Source: Bacteroidales bacterium
Lineage (GTDB): Bacteria > Bacteroidota > Bacteroidia > Bacteroidales > UBA3663
DNA length: 33,242 nt
NCBI GenBank assembly: GCA_030526445.1
Contig: JAUNCV010000004.1
Span: 390 to 33,631, forward strand
Direction of reading: 5' to 3'
Both the position numbers and the translations under genes were made by a program. The notes under the pieces are model-generated. The model searched no databases, was not told where the DNA came from, and worked only from the letters and a program-made list of their open reading frames with translations. This document shows, in pieces, positions 16,172 to 24,211 of this stretch (position 1 is its first letter; each line of letters begins with the position of its first letter).

Positions 16172-17428
16172 ATGGCCGCAAGAAAATATTTGCTGTATGT
16201 ATTTTTATGGATGCTCTTCGGCACCCAACCGTTGACAGCACAAAGTTTCAATAGCAACACGTCGCACAATGACACGCTCAAATTCCATGAGCGCTTGTCG
16301 TTCCGTACCAACACCATCGATTGGCTCCTGCTCCGTCCGAACATTGGCATGGAGTTCGATCTTCGTGCAGGTGACTACAACAAGTGGACCATTGGCGTGG
16401 ATGCTCTCTACAACTGGAAAACCAAAGAGACCGATGTAAACCCTTACGTTTATGACATTATGCAGGTAACCTTAGAGGGCCGCAAGTACTATCGTACCCG
16501 CCGCCCAGACCGAGACCTGTATCCTGATGGCGTGGTAACCCGCGACACCAGCGTTCCTGCATTTGTGGGCTGGCTCAAATACATCACTCGCCTTGACAGA
16601 GCCAAAGCCCGCTCTTGGCGTGCTTACTACTGGGGTGCTTATGCTTCGGCCACTCAATACAGTTTCAAGTTTGGTGACACCGGCTACCAGGGCCCTGCTT
16701 ACAGCGTAGGCGCCTCGTTTGGTTATGGCATCCCACTCTACGTGCTGGGCAATGGAACCATCGACCTTGAGATTGGTGGCCGTATTGGTGCTGCTATCAC
16801 CAAATATGATGCCTACACCGTAGACTTTGAGGGTAACTGCTATCCATACTTGCCCGAGAAGAGCAAGGGATACCACTTCCTGCCCTATCCTGTCATTAAC
16901 GACTTGCACCTCTCATTGGTTTACCGCACTCGCTCAATCCGCAATAAGTATCGCAAGCCAAACTTCGCCAAGGAGAAAGAGATGATGGAGCGTCAGTATG
17001 AAATTGATGCACGCCATGACTCTATCCTCGAGGCAAGACGCCTGCGCAAAGAGGAGATGCGTAGCCAGGTAGAGATTGTAGGCAAAGCTAAGAAGGCTAA
17101 GAAACTGCGCAAGCAGCGTGCCGACTCGCTGGGTGTAGCACTCGATTCTATTCCACTTACACCTGAGGAGATCAAGGCAAAGGCTCTCATCGACAAACTG
17201 GAACAGCAGAAACTCGAGGAGCAGCAAAGAAAGAACGAACAAAAATTGTTACGCAAAAAAGAGAAAGAAGATAAGCGAGTAGCTGACAACCTTGCCACTA
17301 AGGAGGCCAAGATGGCTTCGGACGAGGCAAAAAAGGCCTCAAAAGAGGCTAAGAAGGCTGCCAAACAAGCAAAAAAAGCAGCCAAGAAGGCCAGCACTGA
17401 CGCTGACAGAAAGGAGATTGAACAATGA
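16172..17428 (+). CDS. DUF3575-like outer-membrane beta-barrel protein with a ~165-aa K/E/A-rich coiled-coil C-terminal tail (418 aa)
   Basis: The signal peptide is MAARKYLLYVFLWMLFGTQPLTAQ. FRTNTIDWLLLRPNIGMEFDL...WTIGVDALYNW...GASFGYGIPL...IDLEIGGRIGAAI shows an alternating beta-strand pattern like the shorter paralog at 23611. The tail includes KEAKKAAKQAKKAAKKAS. I chose the start at 16172, not the track's 16031. Confidence 0.75.
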   Translation: MAARKYLLYVFLWMLFGTQPLTAQSFNSNTSHNDTLKFHERLSFRTNTIDWLLLRPNIGMEFDLRAGDYNKWTIGVDALYNWKTKETDVNPYVYDIMQVTLEGRKYYRTRRPDRDLYPDGVVTRDTSVPAFVGWLKYITRLDRAKARSWRAYYWGAYASATQYSFKFGDTGYQGPAYSVGASFGYGIPLYVLGNGTIDLEIGGRIGAAITKYDAYTVDFEGNCYPYLPEKSKGYHFLPYPVINDLHLSLVYRTRSIRNKYRKPNFAKEKEMMERQYEIDARHDSILEARRLRKEEMRSQVEIVGKAKKAKKLRKQRADSLGVALDSIPLTPEEIKAKALIDKLEQQKLEEQQRKNEQKLLRKKEKEDKRVADNLATKEAKMASDEAKKASKEAKKAAKQAKKAAKKASTDADRKEIEQ

Positions 17429-18672
17429 GAACCAGACTTAACTATCTTTTGGGCGGAGGCCTGCTTCTCAGCTTAATGGCAGGAGCTTGCGACACCATTG
17501 GCGTTGATGTGTGCGAAGATGCACATCCACACATCTCAAAGCTCGCAGTCAGCTACACCTGGCCAGAAGAAATGAGCACAGGGAAGACACCTAATAAATG
17601 TTGGATTATTGCCAACAGACCAGCCGACCCGCTCAGATATCTCTTTGGCTGGTTCCCTACAGAAACCGCTTCGTTCTACGGACGAGAGATGGCTTATCTC
17701 AACTACGACACAACCGAGACAAAGAAAGCCTATTTCGATGCCGACTCTATCAAGTGGTTCGAAAACAAGGCAACTCTCTATGATGCGCTCGACCACTGCG
17801 GTGTAAGACTTGGCGACTACCAGATGCTCACAACCAACTGTGCATACTACTACGAAATAGATTCGCTCGAGCAGTTCTTCCACAATCATGAGATCTTCCC
17901 CAAAGACCTCTATGTGCGATATAACACCGAGACGGTACCCGATAGCATCGACCCAGCCCTTCGCGACTGGATGGACTTCAACCCACAGTATCCTTTTGTA
18001 AAAGATATAGGCCCAGTCTTCTTCGACCAGCAGCTTGTTTCGGCCGTAAGAGGTCAAAGCACCGAAGTGCACTTCTCGCCTAAGGTCATTTCGCAGAAGA
18101 TTGACCTGAAGTTCACAATTGCTTCGCAAAATGAGGAGGTGGTCATCGATTCCATTCGTGGCGAAATCTCAGGTGTGGTTCGAAGCAAGTCGCTCTTCAA
18201 AGGCTTCCTGAATATGGATGGCACCCAGTCGTGCCGCATGATATTCTCGACCCAAGTTCCTATTGACACGCTGCAAGGAACCAACACTCGCGTCTGGAGT
18301 TGCAACACCAGTCTCAACGTGCTGGGTCTGTGCGAACCAGCCAACGAGAAGATGCAGACAGGCCCTGGCATTGTTCACCTGGCTGCCTATGTGCACTATT
18401 ACAAGCCAGCCGACCCAGTCAAGGGCACTCCTGAACGTCTTGTAAAGCGCACCATCTTCTGGGGCATCAACCTCTATCAGGCGCTTAAGAAAAATCCGGT
18501 CACCAAGCAGACCGAAGATTTGTATCACCACGTTATTTCAAGCAGTCACGAGACAATTGTCATTCCAAACATCCTCAAAATCGACCTCAAGGACTTTGAC
18601 GATGATAAGCATATTGAGATCTGGCCTTCAGATCCAAATGGTGGTAATGGCGATTTTGATATCGAATTCTGA
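17425..18672 (+). CDS. Lipoprotein, possible FimB/Mfa2-like (DUF5119-like) pilus anchor subunit (415 aa)
   Basis: The lipobox is LSLMAGAC. KLAVSYTWPEEMS resembles the 'v.v.vdW' start of DUF5119/Mfa2-like proteins. There is no S-R-G cleavage motif. The ATG overlaps the upstream stop (ATGA). The functional call is tentative. Confidence 0.55.
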   Translation: MRTRLNYLLGGGLLLSLMAGACDTIGVDVCEDAHPHISKLAVSYTWPEEMSTGKTPNKCWIIANRPADPLRYLFGWFPTETASFYGREMAYLNYDTTETKKAYFDADSIKWFENKATLYDALDHCGVRLGDYQMLTTNCAYYYEIDSLEQFFHNHEIFPKDLYVRYNTETVPDSIDPALRDWMDFNPQYPFVKDIGPVFFDQQLVSAVRGQSTEVHFSPKVISQKIDLKFTIASQNEEVVIDSIRGEISGVVRSKSLFKGFLNMDGTQSCRMIFSTQVPIDTLQGTNTRVWSCNTSLNVLGLCEPANEKMQTGPGIVHLAAYVHYYKPADPVKGTPERLVKRTIFWGINLYQALKKNPVTKQTEDLYHHVISSSHETIVIPNILKIDLKDFDDDKHIEIWPSDPNGGNGDFDIEF

Positions 18673-18684
18673 AAATATTAATCA

Positions 18685-20013
18685 ATGAAAATAAATAAAC
18701 TGACATACCCACTTCCCGCTCTGTTGTCACTCTTGGTGGCAGCGTGCGTCGATACTTATCCCGGCATCACTGAGGATATGTCAGGCACCAACATTGTTGA
18801 CAGCGCTGGCATGAACGACACTGTGATGGTGCATGAGGAGTTCAAGCTCATCTCAGTGGGTATTAACGATCCATCTTATTATACTGTTTCGACCGACACC
18901 AGCCTCACATCGCGCGGCATGGGCAGTTTCGACTACTTGCGAAAAGACAGTCTGCGAAGCCTGATGTGGGATTCGGCCCGCTTCATGCTCTATGCTTTCC
19001 GTGACGATACCTTGGGCATCAACTTTAAAGTCACAAACAGCGAGGACTCTGCAGCCTGCCTGCTCGACAAGGTGCCTATGTGGGTGGCCGACCCAAGCAG
19101 CAACCTGCTCTCGTATGTCATTGACGAAGAGCACGACGGCCGACATCTCTGGATCAACAAGAACCCAGAAACTCCTTATCGCTTCTGGAGCTACTATATA
19201 GATAATGTGGACAGCCTTGTGGAGGAGCGCACCTCTGAGCACATCAAGCTCTCGTTCACCATCGATGGCTCTCAGGACATCCTTGCAGGTACTGCCGAAA
19301 TGACAACCAAGCAGTGGAATAAAGTCAAGAATGACGACAGCCTGAACACACTTTATACAAAGTATCTGCTTCAGGGTCGCCCAATGAGAAATCTCTACAG
19401 CACAACCTCTGCGCTGAATGACATTATTCCTATTATCAATTACAAGCATCAGCTGGTGCGCTTCAAGTTCGAGCTTTATCCTGGAAACAAGGAGTCGGAC
19501 AAGATGATCATCGATAGCATCAAAGTGCTGACCAGAACCCACGGACATTTGGTAGTTGCTTCGAACGAGAGCAAAGAATCGGTCTGCACTTTCGATGCCA
19601 CCCCAACTGAATGGGTCAACCTCCCTGAATGGAACAACAAGAGCACCCTCGACTCTGCTCGCTACATCAACCGATGGGATCCTAAATATGAGGTTGATGG
19701 CACCCGAGTATATCACAGAAAGTGCCTCAAGGTGGGCGAAAGCTTGTTGATTCCACCTACAGATTCGCTGCGCATTCAGCTCTTTGCTCGCCAGCAAATC
19801 GGCGACACTTTGGTTGATCCTTACCAGCACATCAATGGTGGCAACATCGTAACCATGCGCTATGCGAAAGGATTCAAGGCCGGCAATCTCTACACCATTC
19901 GTGTAGTTTTGTATGGCGAAAAACCATATACTGCCGACGCAGTCCTCTCTGGCTGGGAACCTGGTGTGGATATTGTTACAAATCCCGAAGACGAGAACTT
20001 CAAACCTTGGTAA
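18685..20013 (+). CDS. Fimbrillin-family (type V pilin-like) lipoprotein (442 aa)
   Basis: The lipobox is LLVAAC. It carries TSLTSR-GMG (Arg77), IDGSQDILAGTAE, YKHQLVRFKFELYPG and a C-terminal GNLYTIRVVLYG...LSGWEPG. These motifs are shared with the other three pilin-like genes here. Confidence 0.75.
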   Translation: MKINKLTYPLPALLSLLVAACVDTYPGITEDMSGTNIVDSAGMNDTVMVHEEFKLISVGINDPSYYTVSTDTSLTSRGMGSFDYLRKDSLRSLMWDSARFMLYAFRDDTLGINFKVTNSEDSAACLLDKVPMWVADPSSNLLSYVIDEEHDGRHLWINKNPETPYRFWSYYIDNVDSLVEERTSEHIKLSFTIDGSQDILAGTAEMTTKQWNKVKNDDSLNTLYTKYLLQGRPMRNLYSTTSALNDIIPIINYKHQLVRFKFELYPGNKESDKMIIDSIKVLTRTHGHLVVASNESKESVCTFDATPTEWVNLPEWNNKSTLDSARYINRWDPKYEVDGTRVYHRKCLKVGESLLIPPTDSLRIQLFARQQIGDTLVDPYQHINGGNIVTMRYAKGFKAGNLYTIRVVLYGEKPYTADAVLSGWEPGVDIVTNPEDENFKPW

Positions 20014-20035
20014 AGAATAAAGATATAACAACGCA

Positions 20036-22324
20036 ATGAATAGTAAATATCTTCTTATTTCGCTTATTGGCTTGGCCTTGACTACAGGCTGCTCTGACGA
20101 ACCACTTAGCTCGTCAGACAATCGTCCTGGCAACTCAAACCAGTCGGGCCCAATCATTGACGACAACGCCCCACAGCCCATCACCCTGAACATCGGAGGT
20201 CTGGGACTTAACACCAATGTTGAGTCTCGTGGCTTCGGCACTGTAGGTGACTTGAAGGGCAAAGAGGAGAATGTATGGCATGGAGAGAAGCTCTTTATCT
20301 ATGCTGTGAATCGTGGTGCCAAGGATTTTAGCCAGCCTTTTGTTGATGCCGATCAAGAGATTCCAACCTTCCTCAAGGGCGGTTTTCTGCAGGAATCGTG
20401 GTGCGGTGAGCCTGCTTCGGCCCCTTACGCCACCGACAATGGCAAGATCGAGTTCAACGATAGCGTTGCAAAATATAAATACTACCCACTCAATGGTGCC
20501 TATAACTTCATGGGCTATCATCTGGATGATGCAGAGATTCTCTCTTCGGGCATTGCAGCCGACACCACCGGAGCTATCGATATCAACTTCAAGATTGATG
20601 GCTCTCAGGATGTTATGACCGCACAGGCTCGACTGACACAGATGGATACTATCCGATTCATCAAATCTCTTATTATCAACGAGAAGTTGGATTCGGCTCA
20701 CTATTCACTTTACTATGACTCAGTGCGTCATAGACTCTCTACCAAGCTCTCTGCTGCCAACCGAGAGATTATTGAGAAAGAACTCACTATGCGCCACTAT
20801 AGCTCATATAGTAACCGCCGTGATGTAATGCCTAATCTGAACTTTAAGCACGAGCTCTCACGTATCACCTTCCAGGTAGTTGGCGGTGATGCGAACGCGG
20901 TTGTTCGTCTGAGCAATCGTCCAAAGATCAAGATGAACGCGTGGGTTCGCCAGCGTTACATGAAGGGCGATTTCTTTACTCATAATGGTGCCAACTACAT
21001 GGTAAGAACCGACATGCAGGACGCTTTGACTGAAGCTGAGCTCTTTGGCAACGAAAAGAACAAAAACAAGTTCCTGAAGTTGCTCAATTTCTCTCTCTCC
21101 GATTCTAAGAGCAAGGGCGATACCATTATGTATAAGAATGAGGTTTATAAGTTCATCTCGAAATACAATGGTGATGCTCCTACCTGGGAACAGCTCGAGA
21201 CAAGAATGAACAACATCACCAGCACCTTGTTGAAATTTAAGGCTGGTAAGAGCTACTACCGCGGCGAATGTGTGGTTGGCGCTAAAGACACCGTATGGAT
21301 TGTAGAGCACAGCATGAAGAATGTTAGCACATGGAATGCGCTGCGCGATAGCTGTATCCTCTTCCAGCAGGGTGTATTTGTTTCGAAAATCGAATTGCTC
21401 GATATGAAGGATGAGGCAACCATGCGCCTCACAACCGACTCGCTCAAGTTCATCCCATCGAACGACGAAACTGCAAGCACAAACACTTTTGTATTGAAGC
21501 AGCGTCCAACTAAGAACTTCCAGTATGGTGATTCGCTCGTTGAACTTCAGCCTGCAGGCCCTTCATTCACCCTTCAGGAGTATAACGCAGACCCAACCAA
21601 TGCAACACGTGTTGGTGAAAGCATGATGATTATGCCAGGTGAATCGAAACTTTTGGCCAACATCTACATCACCGAATATGTAGATAACCAGGGCAATTTG
21701 CTCGATGATGCCAACATGCTGGGCGACCATCGCACCAAGGTGTATAAGGGCACAAGCATCGTAGCAAACAGCAAGAAAAAGGATGCTAAATTCGAAGCTG
21801 GCAAGAGCTACACCGTGACCATCACCGCTTTTGCTATGCAGGGCATCGAGGTCAACACTGCACTGACTGCATGGGCCGCAGGTGGTTCGAGCGTTGTGGA
21901 TCCTGAGAAGCAGCTCTTCGATAGCTTGAAGACTGTTACCATGCCACCTGCATTCTATGGCATTTGTGACACTGTACCTGGAGCTAATTTCGACGTAACC
22001 AATGGCAAGGAATGGCGACCAGACGATAACAAGCAGACTGTAAGCTACACTACCAAGGGCGTACACTGGTTCGCTATCCATGATGGTTATAAAGTTACTA
22101 AGTGGGTTAACAAAGAAAATGAACGCGACTACCTCAATCCTGGCGAGGGATTGGAGAAGCAGCTGATTCAGACTGAGCACGTTTATAAGTTCTCTATCAA
22201 CATCAGTGCTACCCAGAAGAAGGAGTTCATCTATCGTCTATACTACACTGTTGACGATTCTGAACAGCATGATCCTTACACTCAGGAGAAGCGTACTTAT
22301 CTGGTCAATGTGGTACGCAAATAA
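20036..22324 (+). CDS. Large fimbrillin-family lipoprotein with internal repeats and a C-terminal extension; candidate tip/adhesin subunit (762 aa)
   Basis: The lipobox is LALTTGC followed by SDE. It carries NVESR-GFG (Arg65), IDGSQDVMTA, FKHELSRITFQVVGGD and KSYTVTITAFAMQG...LTAWAAGG, followed by about 138 extra residues. It is a paralog of the gene at 28350. Confidence 0.75.
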   Translation: MNSKYLLISLIGLALTTGCSDEPLSSSDNRPGNSNQSGPIIDDNAPQPITLNIGGLGLNTNVESRGFGTVGDLKGKEENVWHGEKLFIYAVNRGAKDFSQPFVDADQEIPTFLKGGFLQESWCGEPASAPYATDNGKIEFNDSVAKYKYYPLNGAYNFMGYHLDDAEILSSGIAADTTGAIDINFKIDGSQDVMTAQARLTQMDTIRFIKSLIINEKLDSAHYSLYYDSVRHRLSTKLSAANREIIEKELTMRHYSSYSNRRDVMPNLNFKHELSRITFQVVGGDANAVVRLSNRPKIKMNAWVRQRYMKGDFFTHNGANYMVRTDMQDALTEAELFGNEKNKNKFLKLLNFSLSDSKSKGDTIMYKNEVYKFISKYNGDAPTWEQLETRMNNITSTLLKFKAGKSYYRGECVVGAKDTVWIVEHSMKNVSTWNALRDSCILFQQGVFVSKIELLDMKDEATMRLTTDSLKFIPSNDETASTNTFVLKQRPTKNFQYGDSLVELQPAGPSFTLQEYNADPTNATRVGESMMIMPGESKLLANIYITEYVDNQGNLLDDANMLGDHRTKVYKGTSIVANSKKKDAKFEAGKSYTVTITAFAMQGIEVNTALTAWAAGGSSVVDPEKQLFDSLKTVTMPPAFYGICDTVPGANFDVTNGKEWRPDDNKQTVSYTTKGVHWFAIHDGYKVTKWVNKENERDYLNPGEGLEKQLIQTEHVYKFSINISATQKKEFIYRLYYTVDDSEQHDPYTQEKRTYLVNVVRK

Positions 22325-22382
22325 TGCTAACCAACAATCAGGTAACTAAAGTATAAGTCAAAACTGAATATATATTCTTAAA

Positions 22383-23609
22383 ATGAAGAAATATTTTCTC
22401 TTGGCAAGCATCGCCATGTTGTTTGCCTGTTGTAACGACGAACTCAACAACGCGAGCGAAATAGATCCTATCGTAGATGAGGAGGCATACTTGGACCCAG
22501 AACCTGTGGTTTTGGGAGCCTTCTCTGATGTTACCTTGTCAAGCCGTGCAACGATTCTCGAAAAATGGGGTGCAGATGACAGCATAGGTATATTTGGCTT
22601 GTGCAGTAAAGCAACACTCAAAGGCGCTGCTTCCTGGGAGGATACCGTCAAAATCGAAAATCACCCAGACAACCAGCCTGCTATTCTTAAGAATGTTCGT
22701 GCTTTGCCTGTTGACACCACAATTACATTTGGCAAAAACGTGGATTATTACTATCCTCGTCAGTCAACACGTAACTATCGTTTCTACGGCTACTATCCTT
22801 ATAGCTATGCCTATTCTTGGGACAAGGATGCAAAGCAATATTATGTAACTGGCAAATTTGACGGACAAACTGATATTCTTGCAGGCACGTCAGAGTACAC
22901 TAGTGAACAGAAGTGGAATGCAAAGTTCATTCGCGAACAGAAGCAAAAAGGCGATAGCAGCAAATTTGCTCCCAAGATTGAGTTCAAGCACATGACTGCT
23001 CAGTTGCAAGTTTTGCTTAAACAAGGAGATAGCTTCGATGCATCAAAAGAGTATTGCCAGATTGACAGCATTTATTTGATGCTGCCCAACAAATACAAAT
23101 TGATTATTGCGGACGAAGCAAAAGCCACATACAATTATACAAGCAAAGTGCTCCCACAATCAATCATATTTGACAAAAATGCTACAAAAGACACATGTTG
23201 TGTTTTGAAACCATATGAAGATATCACAGCTAGTGGTGCTAAGATTGGCAACTATAATAAGTACAAAACCAACAAGTATGTCATTGCTTGGCCAAAGGAT
23301 CATGAGAAAATTCAGAATGATTCGGTTTACAATGATTTGATATTTGTTCCCGCAGGCACATCAGAATATACTATTAACATCATCTTCAAACCTTTCACTG
23401 GTTCTGACGGCAAACCAATAGTATATAAAACAAGTGCAAAAATCGTAAGTAATAAATTCACTGGCAATCCTTCCACATTCAAGGCTGGCACAGCCTATCG
23501 TGTTGTTCTAACCATCAATGGTTTGTCAAGCACAAGAGCAACTGTAGATGTGGCAAAGTGGCAAAACGGTGGATCTGCCGAAAGCGATTGTACCCCAAAA
23601 ATCAAATAA
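22383..23609 (+). CDS. Fimbrillin-family (type V pilin-like) lipoprotein (408 aa)
   Basis: The lipobox is AMLFAC(C) followed by NDE. It carries TLSSR-ATI (Arg55), DGQTDILAGTSE, FKHMTAQLQVLLKQGD and GTAYRVVLTINGL...VAKWQNGG. Confidence 0.75.
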   Translation: MKKYFLLASIAMLFACCNDELNNASEIDPIVDEEAYLDPEPVVLGAFSDVTLSSRATILEKWGADDSIGIFGLCSKATLKGAASWEDTVKIENHPDNQPAILKNVRALPVDTTITFGKNVDYYYPRQSTRNYRFYGYYPYSYAYSWDKDAKQYYVTGKFDGQTDILAGTSEYTSEQKWNAKFIREQKQKGDSSKFAPKIEFKHMTAQLQVLLKQGDSFDASKEYCQIDSIYLMLPNKYKLIIADEAKATYNYTSKVLPQSIIFDKNATKDTCCVLKPYEDITASGAKIGNYNKYKTNKYVIAWPKDHEKIQNDSVYNDLIFVPAGTSEYTINIIFKPFTGSDGKPIVYKTSAKIVSNKFTGNPSTFKAGTAYRVVLTINGLSSTRATVDVAKWQNGGSAESDCTPKIK

Positions 23610-23610
23610 T

Positions 23611-24183
23611 ATGCTGAACCTATTTAAAAAACGTGTTCTGCTCCTGATGCTCTGCCTGACTGCTTGGTGTGGTCAGTGCCTCTATGCGCAGAAGGTTGCC
23701 ATCAAGATGGATGCAGCCAAGGCTTCTATGTGGATGCCAAACCTCGGTGCTGAGTTCGCTATTGGTGACAGTTACAGTTTCGATGTATCGGTATTCGGCT
23801 CGAACAAGATCTGGAATCAGGACTGGAAGATGTTTGCCGTTCAGCCAGAGTTCCGTTGGTGGATCAGTGGCCGTCAGATGGCTCGCTTCTATGTGGGTGT
23901 TACTGCCATTGCCATGCACTACAACATCGACTACTCAAAGTATGAGCACAAGGGAGACCTTGCCGGCGGCGGTTTGACCTTTGGTTACTCTTGGTACATC
24001 TCTCCTCGCTGGTCTGTTGAGGCATACGGCGGCTTCGGTGCTATCGCTTACAAAGAAAACAGATATAAGAACAGAAAGATATACGAAGACTACAATCCTG
24101 AAAAGAAGGAATATGGCAATGCCAGCGGCTGTATGCTGGTACCTGCTAAGTTGGGCGTCTCTTTCTCTTACATCCTGAAATAA
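23611..24183 (+). CDS. DUF3575-like outer-membrane beta-barrel protein (190 aa)
   Basis: The signal peptide is MLNLFKKRVLLLMLCLTAWCGQCLYAQ. KMDAAKASMWMPNLGAEFAIGDSYSFDVSVFGSNKIWN...FAVQPEFRWWISGR...GGGLTFGYSWYISPRWSVEAYGGFG fits the family pattern. I chose the start at 23611, 1 nt after the upstream stop. Confidence 0.8.
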   Translation: MLNLFKKRVLLLMLCLTAWCGQCLYAQKVAIKMDAAKASMWMPNLGAEFAIGDSYSFDVSVFGSNKIWNQDWKMFAVQPEFRWWISGRQMARFYVGVTAIAMHYNIDYSKYEHKGDLAGGGLTFGYSWYISPRWSVEAYGGFGAIAYKENRYKNRKIYEDYNPEKKEYGNASGCMLVPAKLGVSFSYILK

Positions 24184-24211
24184 TTGAGATAATACGTTTT
24201 TTGTTGATACA

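Noticed and set aside
15934-16350. 138-aa minus-strand ORF, and the 16031 upstream start of the first pilus-locus gene
   Set aside because: The AT-rich leader gives low-complexity translations. The ATG at 16172 yields a proper signal peptide (MAARKYLLYVFLWMLFGTQPLTAQ), whereas the 16031 extension adds 47 non-signal residues.
18853-20262. 469-aa minus-strand ORF opposite the pilin gene at 18685
   Set aside because: It is antisense to a gene that shares lipobox, Arg-site and C-terminal motifs with three paralogs, and it has no motifs of its own.
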